Shown in pieces: positions 19,515 to 28,201 of a stretch of 62,472 bases of DNA. Below the pieces are notes generated by a model. It ran no database searches. It saw only the letters and a program-made list of their open reading frames with translations, and was not told the origin of the DNA. Where the stretch lies: positions 1 to 62,472 of the forward strand of contig JAGPKU010000005.1 in the NCBI GenBank assembly GCA_018053845.1, written 5' to 3'. A program made the translations under genes and the position numbers. Position 1 is the stretch's first letter. Each line of letters opens with the position of its first letter. Source of the DNA: Syntrophobacterales bacterium (GTDB taxonomy: Bacteria; Desulfobacterota; Syntrophia; Syntrophales; UBA2192).

Positions 19515-20465
19515 ATGACGCAACCCGGGTTCTCGAAAAGCAAGAAGCGATACCGCGATTTCAAGAGCTTCCTCGTCGAGCGCTTCGGCTGCAGGGTCTA
19601 CAAGCTGCAGATCGACGCGGGGTTCACCTGTCCCAACCGGGACGGGACGCTCGCCGCGGGCGGCTGCGCGTACTGTGACGGGCGGGGATCGGCACTGCGT
19701 CTCAAGGGCCCGCTGCCCCCGGTGGAGGAGCAGATCCGTGCCGGCAAGGCCCTCTACCGGAATCTCCGGGGCGCGGCGAAGTTCATCGCCTATTTCCAGA
19801 CCTTCACGAACACCTACGCGCCCGTCGAGAGGCTCCGGGCGCTCTACGACGAGGCCCTGGCGCAGCCCGACGTCGTCGGGCTCTCCGTCGGCACGAGGCC
19901 CGACTGCGTGGACGACGATACCCTGCGCCTGCTCGAGGGCTGTGCGAAACGCTCCCACGTCTGGGTCGAGTACGGGCTGCAGTCCATCCATGACCGGACG
20001 CTGAAGCGCATCAACCGCGGACACGACGCAGCGGCCTTCGTCGAGGCCGTGCGCAGGACGGCGGGCAGGGGGCTTTTCATCTGCGCGCACGTCATCCTCG
20101 GGCTGCCCGGCGAGACGCGGGCCGACATGCTCGAGACGGCGAGGGCCGTGGCGGCCCTGCCTATAGACGGCATCAAGGTGCACTCCCTGCTGGCGCTGCG
20201 GGGAACGGAAGTGGGCCGGCTCTTCGAGGAGGGGAAGATCGAACTCATGACGCAGGAGGACTACGTCTCTGCGGTCTGCGACGTGCTCGAACTCCTGCCG
20301 CCCTCCGTGGTCGTGCAGCGGATCACGGCGGAGGGCTACCGGGACATCTACCTCGGGCCGGACTGGGCGCAGAACAAGCTCAAGGTGCTCAATGCCATTG
20401 ACAGGGAACTCGAAAAGAGAGACACCTACCAGGGTGCAAGGTACAAGGTGACAGGTAACAGGTGA
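19515..20465 (+). CDS. TIGR01212-family radical SAM protein
   Basis: The N-terminus YKLQIDAGFTCPNRDGTLAAGGCAYCDGRGS is characteristic of this family. The last 10 codons are encoded by a heptamer tandem array. Confidence 0.75.
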   Translation: MTQPGFSKSKKRYRDFKSFLVERFGCRVYKLQIDAGFTCPNRDGTLAAGGCAYCDGRGSALRLKGPLPPVEEQIRAGKALYRNLRGAAKFIAYFQTFTNTYAPVERLRALYDEALAQPDVVGLSVGTRPDCVDDDTLRLLEGCAKRSHVWVEYGLQSIHDRTLKRINRGHDAAAFVEAVRRTAGRGLFICAHVILGLPGETRADMLETARAVAALPIDGIKVHSLLALRGTEVGRLFEEGKIELMTQEDYVSAVCDVLELLPPSVVVQRITAEGYRDIYLGPDWAQNKLKVLNAIDRELEKRDTYQGARYKVTGNR

Positions 20466-20496
20466 CAGGCTAAAGGCTAAAGGCTAAAGGCTAAAG
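20434..20496. repeat. heptanucleotide tandem array, 9 units (GTGCAAG GTACAAG GTGACAG GTAACAG GTGACAG GCTAAAG x4)
   Basis: I read this directly from the sequence. It has period 7, the last four units are perfect, and the array spans the stop codon (20463-20465) of the radical SAM gene. Confidence 0.9.
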
Positions 20497-20569
20497 GATG
20501 TGTCCCTGTTATTTCATCTCCTGATTCAGGATAGAATTCACGACACATAACACTCAACACGCATTCGGG

Positions 20570-21634
20570 ATGACGATGATCAACTTTCGGGACAACGTGA
20601 AGAAGATGAAGGGCTACGTGCCGGGGGAGCAGCCCCCGCCGGGCTCGAAGGTCGTCAAGCTCAACACGAACGAAAACCCCTACCTGCCATCGCCCCGGGT
20701 CCTGGAGGTCCTGCACGCATTCGAGGGGGAGTGGCTCAGGCGCTACCCCGACCCGATGGCCGGGATGGCCCGCGAGGCGGCGGCCGCGGTCTACGGCGTC
20801 CCCGCGGACTGGGTCATGGCGGCCAACGGCAGCGACGAGATGCTGGCGCTGCTGGCCCGGGCGTTCCTCGAGAAGGGGCGGAAGATCGCCTATCCCATGC
20901 CGACCTATTCGCTCTACGTCTCCCTGGCGGAGATGCAGGACGCCGAGACGGTGGAGGTGCCCTACGACGAGTCTTACAATCTGCCCGTGGAGGGCCTTCT
21001 TGCGGCCCGGGCGGACCTCACCTTCGTCTGCTCGCCCAACAACCCCTCGGCGACGGTGGCCCCGGTCCGGGACCTCGAACGGCTGGCCGCCGGCCTCGGC
21101 GGGGTGCTGGTGATCGACGAGGCCTACACGGATTTCGCCGACGAGAACGCGCTCGGCCTGGTATCGCGGTATCCGAACGTCATCGTGCTGCGGACGCTGT
21201 CGAAAGGCTACTCCCTGGCGGGTCTGCGGGTGGGCTTCGGCGTGGCGCAGCCCGGGCTGCTCGAAGGGCTCATCAAGATCAAGGACAGCTACAACGTCGA
21301 CGCCGTGGCGCTGAGGCTGGCGACGGCCGCCCTGAGGGACCAGGCGTGGATGAAGGCCAATGCCGAGAGGATCAAGTCCTCCCGGGCCGGGCTGGCCGCG
21401 GAGCTTCGGAAGATGGGGTTTTCGCTCTGGCCCTCGCAGGCCAATTTCATCCTGGCCCGTCCGCCGAGGGGGGATGCACGGTATCTGTACTGCGAGCTGC
21501 GGGATCGCGGTGTGCTGGTCCGCTACTGGGATTCCCCCGGGGTCGACGACAAGATCCGCATCACCGTGGGTACGGAGGAGGAGAACCACTCCCTGCTCGT
21601 GGCCCTCGAGGAGACGTTGCGGACGGCCGGCTGA
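20570..21634 (+). CDS. hisC: histidinol-phosphate aminotransferase
   Basis: The 354-aa product has KLNTNENPY, GSDE and the PLP-lysine motif LRTLSKGYSLAGLRVGF. Confidence 0.9.
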   Translation: MTMINFRDNVKKMKGYVPGEQPPPGSKVVKLNTNENPYLPSPRVLEVLHAFEGEWLRRYPDPMAGMAREAAAAVYGVPADWVMAANGSDEMLALLARAFLEKGRKIAYPMPTYSLYVSLAEMQDAETVEVPYDESYNLPVEGLLAARADLTFVCSPNNPSATVAPVRDLERLAAGLGGVLVIDEAYTDFADENALGLVSRYPNVIVLRTLSKGYSLAGLRVGFGVAQPGLLEGLIKIKDSYNVDAVALRLATAALRDQAWMKANAERIKSSRAGLAAELRKMGFSLWPSQANFILARPPRGDARYLYCELRDRGVLVRYWDSPGVDDKIRITVGTEEENHSLLVALEETLRTAG

Positions 21635-21665
21635 GGGCAGGGGGTGCAGCCGCCGTCCGGTCCCT

Positions 21666-22793
21666 TCAGGCCTTGAGCCACGTCCGGACCCGCGGGATCT
21701 CCTCGGAGGCCCACTGGGCCGATAGGCGCCTGTCCAGGAAGAAGGCGAACAGATCGTCCATGGTCTTCAGGGCCGTCTCCACGAGGTATATCCGCTCGAG
21801 GATTCCGCCTTCCTTTTCCTCTCCCTCCTCGTCGAAGCCGCCCGCCGGCGGGAGTTTCATGGACTGGAACTGGAACCGGTCGGCCTTGAGCGTGAACTCC
21901 CAGCGATCGCCGTCCCTCTCGAGTCGAAGGCGGGCCTCGCGTACCTTCTTGCCCTCGCGGATCGCCGCTTTGCCTTCCCGCAGGTCCGCATGCAGGCCCT
22001 GGCAGGCCACCGTTTCCGAATACTCCCCCTCCCCGGACTCGAGGACGACCCGTTTCTCGAAGCTGAGTCCCACCTCCGCCCGCCCGGGGATGGAGATCGT
22101 CCCATTGCGCTCCTCGGACTTGAACCAGAGCCAGGTCATGAACTCGCGGGCCAGGAACGAGGGGTCCGCCTTTTCGCCGGGACCCTTCGCGGGCTCGAGG
22201 AAAGAGCCGCCCTGGAGGGACGCAACGGCGGCGGCCGTTTTCCGGTCCAGCTGTTCCCCGTCCCAGGGCAGGCAGGGGGAGAAGGTCGCGTTGAAGGAGA
22301 TCTTGAAGAGATCCTCGAAGGTCTCGAAAACCTTGTCCGCGTGAGACCCCACGAGGAGCCAGCCGCCGGACGGGTGCCACAGTACATCGTAGAGCGACGG
22401 GACCGGGTAGGCCCTCGTCAGCAGGTGGAGGTAGACGCGCTCCTTGATCTCCCGGGTCTGCTCGCGGAAGAGCCTCTTCTTGCCGCTGTCCCTGAGGGCC
22501 TTGCGCTCCTCCTCGAGGCACTTGATCCGGAGCAGCGCGGGCGGGATCGACTTCCTGTCGACGCGCAGCGCGAAGTAGAAGTAGTCTCCCGCACTGTAGC
22601 GCGCCCCCTCGAAGCGGGTGTCGAGCGGGTTCTCCAGGCAGGTCCAGCCGAAGGCCTGCTCCTCGGCCGACGCCGTCAATTCCTGGAATGCGTATTTCTT
22701 GACCTGGCGGTCGAAGAAGGGCCGGAAGTCCTCCGGCCAATCCCCCTTGACCCGGTATCTCGAAAAGGTCAGTGTGCCTTTCAACAAACCCAT
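21666..22793 (-). CDS. RdgC-like recombination-associated protein
   Basis: The track ORF is trimmed to ATG 22791-22793, which has GGAGG 7 nt upstream. MGLLKGTLTFSRYRV...GWTCLENP...IKERVYLHLLTRAYPVPSLYDVLW... follows the RdgC family pattern. The assignment is by motif resemblance only. Confidence 0.6.
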   Translation of the reverse strand: MGLLKGTLTFSRYRVKGDWPEDFRPFFDRQVKKYAFQELTASAEEQAFGWTCLENPLDTRFEGARYSAGDYFYFALRVDRKSIPPALLRIKCLEEERKALRDSGKKRLFREQTREIKERVYLHLLTRAYPVPSLYDVLWHPSGGWLLVGSHADKVFETFEDLFKISFNATFSPCLPWDGEQLDRKTAAAVASLQGGSFLEPAKGPGEKADPSFLAREFMTWLWFKSEERNGTISIPGRAEVGLSFEKRVVLESGEGEYSETVACQGLHADLREGKAAIREGKKVREARLRLERDGDRWEFTLKADRFQFQSMKLPPAGGFDEEGEEKEGGILERIYLVETALKTMDDLFAFFLDRRLSAQWASEEIPRVRTWLKA

Positions 22794-23036
22794 AGGGACT
22801 CCTCCTGTGAAGGCAGGCACGGTAGCCTATCGCACTCCGGTTTGTCAATGCTCATTCTGTGAGGCACACGGGCGGGCGGGGCATCCCGTGCCGAGCAGAG
22901 AAGCCGAGAGGGTGAGAAGGGAAGAGGGTGCCCTGCAGCCCGGCATTGGTGAACCGTGCCGGCGGATGGATCCATGTATGGACAGAGGTATCGATTTATG
23001 CTACGTTTCTGCCGAATTTTTGAGGGGTTCTGAGAG

Positions 23037-23915
23037 ATGGGCATCAAGGCGATCGGGGTGGTCGGCAACGCGAGCAAGAGCCACGTGGTGGAGAGCATCG
23101 CGAGGCTCTCCGAATGGGCCGCGGGCAAAGGCCTCGAGGTCCTCCTGGAAAGGGAAGCGGCCGCCAGGCTCGGCACGCGGGGTTACCACGGCGACGAGCT
23201 GGGCAGCCGGGCCGACCTGGTCGTCACGATGGGGGGGGACGGCACGCTCCTGCAGGCGGCACGGATCATGAGAAAATCGAGCGTGCCGATCCTCGGCGTC
23301 AACATGGGAACCTTCGGGTACCTCACCGTCATCAATCTCAACGAGATGTTCGACGCCCTCGAGGGGGTGCTGGCGGGGGACTACCGGACGGAGGGCCGCA
23401 TGATGCTCGACGCCGCCGTCCGCGACGAGCGGGGGGAGAGCTTCGAGTGCACCGTGCTGAACGACGTGGTCATCAACCGGGGCAACTACTCGAGGATGGT
23501 GGACCTGGAGACGCACGTCGACGGCCAGTACCTCACGAGCTACCGGGCCGACGGGCTCATCATCTCGACCCCGACGGGGTCCACGGCCTACTCGCTTTCG
23601 GCCGGGGGGCCGATCGTGCTCCCCGTCCTGAACACGATCATCCTCAACCCCATCTGTCCGCACACGCTGACCAACCGTCCCGTCATCCTGCCCGATACGG
23701 CGGTGCTGACGGTCATGCTCTGGACGCGCGAGGCGGGTGCCATCATGAACTGCGACGGCCAGGTCACCTATCACCTCAAGGCCGGCGACACGATCTCCGT
23801 GCGCAAGTCGGGCTTCGTGACGAACCTGGTGGTGTCCCCCCGCAGGGACTACCTCCAGGTCCTGCGGTCGAAACTGGGCTGGGGCGGCTCGCCCGCATCG
23901 ACGAACCGGACGTGA
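23037..23915 (+). CDS. nadK: NAD(+) kinase
   Basis: The 292-aa product has the GGDGT motif (LVVTMGGDGTLLQAAR) and NRG...DGLIISTPTGSTAYSLSAGGPI. Confidence 0.93.
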   Translation: MGIKAIGVVGNASKSHVVESIARLSEWAAGKGLEVLLEREAAARLGTRGYHGDELGSRADLVVTMGGDGTLLQAARIMRKSSVPILGVNMGTFGYLTVINLNEMFDALEGVLAGDYRTEGRMMLDAAVRDERGESFECTVLNDVVINRGNYSRMVDLETHVDGQYLTSYRADGLIISTPTGSTAYSLSAGGPIVLPVLNTIILNPICPHTLTNRPVILPDTAVLTVMLWTREAGAIMNCDGQVTYHLKAGDTISVRKSGFVTNLVVSPRRDYLQVLRSKLGWGGSPASTNRT

Positions 23916-23916
23916 C

Positions 23917-25602
23917 ATGCTGAAAGAACTGGGCATCACCAACTTCGCCATCATCGACCGGCTCAATCTGGCCTTTCACGAGGGGCTCAACGTCGTCTCG
24001 GGCGAGACGGGGGCGGGCAAGTCGATTCTCATCGGGGCCATCGGCCTGCTGCTCGGGGACCGGGCCTCGACGGACCTGATCCGCGCGGAGGAGGATGCGG
24101 CCGTCGTGGAGGCGGTCTTCGACATCGGGCAGAACCGGGACCTCCGGGCAAGGCTCCAGGCGATGGGGTTTCACCCCGGCCGGGAGATCGTCGTCAAGCG
24201 GGTGGTGTCCCGATCGGGCAAGAACCGGGTGTACGTCGACGGCAACCTCGCCACCGTGGCCATCCTCGGCGAGATCAGCGAGGCGCTCGTCAACATCTGC
24301 AGCCAGCACGAGCACCAGGTCCTGCTCGACCCGGAGAGCCACATCGACATCCTCGACGAGTTCGGCGCTCTCGGGGCCGAGCGGGCCCGGTTCTCCGCGC
24401 TCTACGAGGAGTACCTGACACGCAGGGCCAAACGGGACGATCTGGCGGCGAAGAACCGCAACCGCGCCGAGCGGGAGGAGTTCCTCCGCTTCCAGGTCGG
24501 CGAGATCGAGAGGGCGGCCCTCAAGCCGGGGGAGGACGTCTCGCTGCAGGAGGAGAAAAAAATCCTGTCCAACGCCGCGAAGCTCACGGAGCTGGCCCGC
24601 GATTCCTGGGAGGCCCTCTACGGCAGGGAGGACTCGGTGCTCGCGGCGCTCGCCCGCGTGACGGGCCACATCCGGGAGATCCGGCGCATCGACCCGGGGT
24701 TCGCGATCGCCGACGACGAGGTGAAATCCCTGTCCATCCAGCTCGAGGACGCGGCCCGGGTGCTGCGGGAGTATCTCGGCCGGATCCCCTCCGATCCCGC
24801 GCGGCTCGACGAGCTCGACGACCGGCTCGAGACGATCGGCCGGCTGAAGAAGAAATACGGCGGCTCCATCGAGAGCGTGCTCAAGACCGGACAATCCCTG
24901 AAGGCGGAGCTGCAGGGGCTTGCGACCGCCGCCGAGGACATCGAGGGGCTCGAGGCCGAGCTGGCGGAGCGCAAGACCCGGCTCCGGGAGATGGCCGGGA
25001 AGCTCTCCGCGGAGAGGCGGCGCGTGGCCGCATCCCTCGAGAGGGCCGTCGAGGACGAAATTCACGCCCTGAAGATGGAGAAGGCGCGGTTCTCGGTCCT
25101 GTTCCGGGAGCCGGCGCCGGACGAGGAGGGACAGGCCGCGCTGAGCGCGAAGGGCATCGACCGGCCCGAGTTCCATCTGTCCACGAACGTGGGGGAGCCG
25201 CTCAAGCCGCTCAACCGCGTCGCCTCGGGAGGGGAGCTTTCGCGGATCGTGCTGGCCATGAAGAAGGTCCTGTCGGGGGCCGGGTCCGTCGGGACCGTGA
25301 TCTTCGACGAGGTGGACAGCGGCATCGGCGGCGCCACGGCGGAAATCGTCGGGCGAAAGCTCCGCGACATCTCCCGGCACCACCAGGTCATCTGCATCAC
25401 GCACCTGCCGCAGATCGCCTCCTTCGGCAGGACGCACTACCGGGTGACGAAGCGGGTTTCCGACGGTCGGACGAAAACGGAGGTCCGGCAGCTCTCCGAG
25501 GACGAACGCCTCGAGGAGATCACGCGCATGCTCGGGGGTGTGGAGATCACGGACAAGACCCGTGCCGCGGCGAGGGAGATGCTCAAGGCGGCGAAAAAAT
25601 AA
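23917..25602 (+). CDS. recN: DNA repair protein RecN
   Basis: The 561-aa product begins MLKELGITNFAIIDRLNLAFHEGLNVVSGETGAGKSIL, has a coiled-coil middle part, and has C-terminal ASGGELSRIVLAMK and VIFDEVDSGIGG motifs. It starts 1 nt after the nadK stop. Confidence 0.95.
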   Translation: MLKELGITNFAIIDRLNLAFHEGLNVVSGETGAGKSILIGAIGLLLGDRASTDLIRAEEDAAVVEAVFDIGQNRDLRARLQAMGFHPGREIVVKRVVSRSGKNRVYVDGNLATVAILGEISEALVNICSQHEHQVLLDPESHIDILDEFGALGAERARFSALYEEYLTRRAKRDDLAAKNRNRAEREEFLRFQVGEIERAALKPGEDVSLQEEKKILSNAAKLTELARDSWEALYGREDSVLAALARVTGHIREIRRIDPGFAIADDEVKSLSIQLEDAARVLREYLGRIPSDPARLDELDDRLETIGRLKKKYGGSIESVLKTGQSLKAELQGLATAAEDIEGLEAELAERKTRLREMAGKLSAERRRVAASLERAVEDEIHALKMEKARFSVLFREPAPDEEGQAALSAKGIDRPEFHLSTNVGEPLKPLNRVASGGELSRIVLAMKKVLSGAGSVGTVIFDEVDSGIGGATAEIVGRKLRDISRHHQVICITHLPQIASFGRTHYRVTKRVSDGRTKTEVRQLSEDERLEEITRMLGGVEITDKTRAAAREMLKAAKK

Positions 25603-25711
25603 ACACGGGTCCCGGGGCCGAAGGTGCGGAAAAAGTTACATGAGGAAATCTGCTTCCCTATATTGACGAAACAGACGAACTCAACGACGAACGAAAAAGA
25701 AGAGTAACGAG

Positions 25712-26170
25712 ATGCTCAGAAAGGCGAAGACCAGCGACGTCAAGCTGATCCACCGGATCATCAACCTCTCGGCGGCCAAGGGCGAGATGCTGCCCCGCTC
25801 GCTCGTCGACCTCTACAACAGCCTGCGGGACTTCTACGTGTACATGGAGGAAGACGGCGGCCCCATCGTGGGGGTCGTCGCCATGCACCTGTTCTGGGAG
25901 AACCTCGCCGAGATCCGGTCCCTCTACGTGGTCGACGAGTACCGCAAGAAGGGGATCGGCAAGAAACTGGTGGAGGCCTGCATCTCCGAGGCGATCACCC
26001 TGGAGATCTACCGGATCTTCGCGCTCACGTACCAGAAAGAGTTTTTCGCACGCATGGGGTTTCACGAGGTCCAGCGCACGGAGCTGCCCGAGAAGATCTG
26101 GTCGGACTGCTTCAAGTGCTGGAAGTACCCGGACTTCTGCGACGAGTTTGCGATGATCATCGAGTTGTGA
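25712..26170 (+). CDS. GNAT-family N-acetyltransferase (short ArgA/COG1246-like)
   Basis: The 152-aa product has the acetyl-CoA motif VVDEYRKKGIGKKLVEA and a C-terminal LPEKIWSDCFKCWKYPDFCDE tail. Confidence 0.7.
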   Translation: MLRKAKTSDVKLIHRIINLSAAKGEMLPRSLVDLYNSLRDFYVYMEEDGGPIVGVVAMHLFWENLAEIRSLYVVDEYRKKGIGKKLVEACISEAITLEIYRIFALTYQKEFFARMGFHEVQRTELPEKIWSDCFKCWKYPDFCDEFAMIIEL

Positions 26171-26364
26171 TCCGCGCCACAGGTCCCGCACCGATCAGCA
26201 TGCCGCAGGGAGATCGTCCGCCGGCCGCGAAGTTGGTGAAGACGGCAAGGGCGCAAGTCAGCAAGAGCGGATAAGAGGAGGGAAGCCCTTTTCTTTTCCG
26301 CTCTTCTGCTCTTCCCCGCTTCCTGGCTTCCCTTCGTTCAACAGGGGGATTTGCATTCGAGCCC

Positions 26365-27609
26365 ATGAAGAAGAAAAGGAACCTGATCCTCCTCGGCTGC
26401 GTGCTCCTGATCCTCGGCGGCTGCACGTTCTTCCGGACGCCCTCCGCCGTCACGCCGCCTGCCGCGATCCCGCCGAAGGAGGTGCCGCCCCTGGCCGCCG
26501 TCGCGGGACGCGATCTTCCCGACTTCCGCGACGACATGGACCGCGAGTCCCTGGTGCGGGCCGTCCGCAAGAGCCTGGAGTACTACGCCCGCATCCCGGG
26601 GCGCACGTCCTGGCGGCTGGGGGACAGGCGCGTCACCGTCCGGGACATGCGGGAATCCCTGGAGGCCTTTCTGCGGATCGTCGAGAGCGGCGCCTCCGGG
26701 GCCGAGCTCGACAGAAGGGTGCGGGAGGACTTCGATGTCTGGCGGGCGGCGGGAAGCGGTCCGTCCGGAAGGGTCCTGTTCACCGGCTACTACGAGCCCG
26801 TCCTGAGAGGATCCATCGTCAGGACCGACCGGTACCGCTATCCCATCTACCGCAGACCGGATGACGCGGTCGTCGTCCACCTCGGGAAATTCCGGGAGAA
26901 ATACAGGAACGAGAGGCTCGTCGGGCGCGTCGAAAACGGCGAGCTCGTGCCCTACTGGAGCCGCGAGGAAATCGACGGGGCGGGGGCGCTCGAGAACCGG
27001 GGGCTCGAGATCGCCTGGTTTGCGGACCCCGTGGACCTCTTCTTTCTCCACATCCAGGGATCGGGGATGATCTGCACGGACGACGGCCCGTGCTTCCAGG
27101 TGAGCTACGCCCAGTCCAACGGGAGGCCCTACCGCAGCATCGGCAAGCTGCTGATCGATTCGGGACGGGCCACGCGGGAGGACCTCTCCATGCAGGGCAT
27201 CAAGCGGTATCTCCGGGAGCGCCCCGAGGAGATCCAGGAAATCCTGAACCACAACGAGAGCTACGTGTTCTTCCGAACCGTCGAGGAAGGCCCGGTGGGC
27301 AGCATCGGGGTCGTGCTGACGGGCGGGCGCTCCATCGCGACGGATTCGGCGCTGTTCCCGCGGGGGGCGCTGGCCTTCGTGAAGACCCGCAGGCCCGCCA
27401 TCGGCCCGGGCGGCGAGATCCGGTCCTGGGTTCCGTTGACGCGATTCGTCCTGAACCAGGACACGGGCGGCGCCATCACGGGGGCAGGCCGGGTGGACCT
27501 GTTCTTCGGCAGGGGCCGCGAGGCCGAGATCGCGGCGGGCCATCTGAAGGAGGACGGGGAGCTGTATTTCCTCGTTCTGAAGGACGGGAAAAGGACGAAG
27601 GCCCGCTGA
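26365..27609 (+). CDS. mltA: membrane-bound lytic murein transglycosylase A (lipoprotein)
   Basis: The lipobox is LILGGC. MltA-type motifs include VLFTGYYEP and FFLHIQGSG, and the 3D-domain motif is LNQDTGGAITGAGRVDLFFG. Confidence 0.88.
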   Translation: MKKKRNLILLGCVLLILGGCTFFRTPSAVTPPAAIPPKEVPPLAAVAGRDLPDFRDDMDRESLVRAVRKSLEYYARIPGRTSWRLGDRRVTVRDMRESLEAFLRIVESGASGAELDRRVREDFDVWRAAGSGPSGRVLFTGYYEPVLRGSIVRTDRYRYPIYRRPDDAVVVHLGKFREKYRNERLVGRVENGELVPYWSREEIDGAGALENRGLEIAWFADPVDLFFLHIQGSGMICTDDGPCFQVSYAQSNGRPYRSIGKLLIDSGRATREDLSMQGIKRYLRERPEEIQEILNHNESYVFFRTVEEGPVGSIGVVLTGGRSIATDSALFPRGALAFVKTRRPAIGPGGEIRSWVPLTRFVLNQDTGGAITGAGRVDLFFGRGREAEIAAGHLKEDGELYFLVLKDGKRTKAR

Positions 27610-27834
27610 GACGGGCGGGCCGGGAAATTGTCTTGCAGGCCCCGGTTCATCTGTGCTAGAGACGAGGGGCTTTCCCTGCGTCAGACCCCGGAGCAGACCC
27701 GTTCCGAAAAAGCCTAACCCGAACACCGCGTATTCCAAAAACCCGGTCCGTCGAGTTGCCCGGCAAAGCCGGGAGGGGCCACGTCTCGTGGTTCATGGCG
27801 TCGGTTGGATGCATCGTGCACGAAAGGGGGCGTG

Positions 27835-28110
27835 ATGACCAAGCAGGACATGATCGATCGGATGGCGAAGGAGGCCGGGCTCTCGAAAGCGGCGGCCGGA
27901 AGGGCCCTGGCGGCGTACCTCAACGCCGTGGGAGAGGAGCTCCGGAGAACGGGCAGGCTCAGCCTGGTCGGCTTCGGGACGTTCAACTTCGTGCAGCGCA
28001 GGGCCAGGACGGGCAGGAACCCCAGGACGGGCGGCCCCGTTCAGATCCCGGCCCGCAAGGTCGTGCGATTCAGGGCCGGCAAGGGGCTGACCGACGTCGT
28101 CAACCTCTGA
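27835..28110 (+). CDS. hup: HU-family nucleoid protein
   Basis: The track ORF is trimmed to ATG 27835, which has an AAAGGGGG RBS. The product begins MTKQDMIDRMAKEAGLSKAAAGRALAAYLNAVGEELRRTGRLSLVGFGTFNFVQRRARTGRNPRTG. Confidence 0.9.
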   Translation: MTKQDMIDRMAKEAGLSKAAAGRALAAYLNAVGEELRRTGRLSLVGFGTFNFVQRRARTGRNPRTGGPVQIPARKVVRFRAGKGLTDVVNL

Positions 28111-28133
28111 GGGAGAGACCGAAACCCGGAAAG

Positions 28134-28168
28134 GACCTCCGCCTGCAGGGGACCGGAGGTCTTTTTTT
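28134..28168 (+). terminator. rho-independent terminator after hup
   Basis: GACCTCCG-12 nt loop-CGGAGGTC is followed by TTTTTTT. Confidence 0.8.
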
Positions 28169-28201
28169 GAAGTCCCGGCGGGAGCGGACGCTCAAAGCCA
28201 C

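Noticed and set aside
20434-20496. The possibility that the heptamer arrays (here and at 44003..44079) are CRISPR arrays.
   Set aside because: The units are 7 nt and contiguous, with no spacers. There are no cas genes in the window.
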